A DNA stretch of 63,175 nt, filler included, from Basidiobolus ranarum (lineage: Eukaryota), in assembly GCA_040143965.1 (NCBI GenBank). It is 16 parts of 16 records of this genome, joined end to end, with 100 filler letters (N's around TTAATTAATTAA, not from the genome) between each part and the next. Parts side by side here need not be neighbours in the genome. Positions count along the whole stretch, not along the records: positions 59,339 to 63,175 come from JASJQH010002256.1; 15 more parts are not named here. The stretch is one strand, 5' to 3'. Within the stretch, counting starts at the first letter, position 1, and the number at the start of each line of letters is the position of its first letter. This document shows, piece by piece, positions 62,600 to 63,175 of this stretch. Below the pieces are notes generated by a model. That model did no database searches and was not told the origin of the DNA. It saw nothing but the letters and a program-made list of their open reading frames with translations. The position numbers and the translations under genes are program-made.

Positions 62600-62923
62600 A
62601 TGCGTTTCATTCTGCCTTTATCTATCCTCTTTTGCTCCATCTTCTCCGCTTTGGCTGCACCCTTACCACTGGATGCTGTAGTAAAAGTTGATACTGAATC
62701 TACTGGGAGATGTAACGATGTGAACGCAAAGATCAATGTGCTAAATTTAAATGTCACCGCGATCGTTTGCCTTGAGAAAAACCAAGTACTACCTATTGGC
62801 GTGGTGCCGAACTCAAGAACAGAATGCCCTGATATTGATGCAGAAATCAAAGCTTTAGGTTTGGATATTCAGGCCATCATTTGCCTCAAAGATGGTATCA
62901 AAGTATTTGTTGGTATCCGATAG
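62600..62923 (+). CDS. Small secreted protein with two Cys-bounded hydrophobic repeats (107 aa)
   Basis: Signal peptide ending LAAP; CNDVNAKINVLNLNVTAIVCL and CPDIDAEIKALGLDIQAIICL; TATAAA ~55 bp upstream. Confidence 0.8.
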   Translation: MRFILPLSILFCSIFSALAAPLPLDAVVKVDTESTGRCNDVNAKINVLNLNVTAIVCLEKNQVLPIGVVPNSRTECPDIDAEIKALGLDIQAIICLKDGIKVFVGIR

Positions 62924-63092
62924 TTAGTTATTACTTAAATCGTACTCATTATATTAATATGAAGCTTAATAAATTAATATTAATAATTCAACGTATATTC
63001 CTTCTTGAGAGTTGATCAATCGCATATTTTCTTTTTTTTCAGAGTTTTCAAATATGAAAGTGTTCTTAGAGCAATTTCCGTTACATCGCGAT

Positions 63093-63174
63093 GGTGAGAT
63101 GGCCGAGTGGTCTAAGGCGCTGCGTTCAGGTCGCAGTCTCTTCGGAGGCGTGGGTTCGAACCCCCCTCAAATCA
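63093..63174 (+). tRNA. tRNA-Leu(CAG), possibly degenerate in the acceptor stem
   Basis: Identical to 31533-31613 except the 3' acceptor strand (TCAAATC versus TCGCATC). Confidence 0.8.
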
Positions 63175-63175
63175 C

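Noticed and set aside
63093-63174. CUG codon reassignment via tRNA(CAG)
   Set aside because: The tRNA shows Leu features (A73, G37, Leu-type D loop and variable arm), not Ser or Ala identity

Overview
This window is not one locus. It is 16 unlinked contigs of 3871 down to 3837 bp, sorted by decreasing size and joined by identical 100-bp artificial linkers (44 N + TTAATTAATTAA + 44 N). The source is a eukaryote, most plausibly an early-diverging fungus (Basidiobolus/Zoopagomycota-like is an inference from ~60-nt GT-AG introns, AT-rich intergenic DNA and gene content). About half of the contigs (1, 3, 5, 7, 11, 13, 14, 15 and the start of 9) are nested, decayed transposons almost devoid of CpG: Ty1/copia, Ty3/gypsy, a CCC-ended CACTA-like family, and an ISL2/PIF-Harbinger-like family with a MITE. 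The others carry genes with ordinary CpG content: a Kre9/Knh1-like GPI protein, a Cys-rich surface protein, the 3' end of a bacterial MnxG-like multicopper oxidase, an intronless M13 metallopeptidase split across a contig with 111-bp identical ends, CUE1, a MEIOB-like gene, an aquaporin, a 31-aa x6 repeat protein, the WASP/Las17 3' end, GFA1 with an in-frame TAA, a C2H2 zinc-finger gene, secreted Gly-rich, CAP and small Cys proteins, and three tRNA genes. The best leads are the MnxG-like oxidase, the circularly permuted M13 peptidase unit, the repeat-restricted CpG loss, and a mitochondrial/bacterial-type LSU rRNA fragment patched into a copia deletion. All family assignments come from motif recognition by eye; no database search was run, and TE boundaries are approximate.
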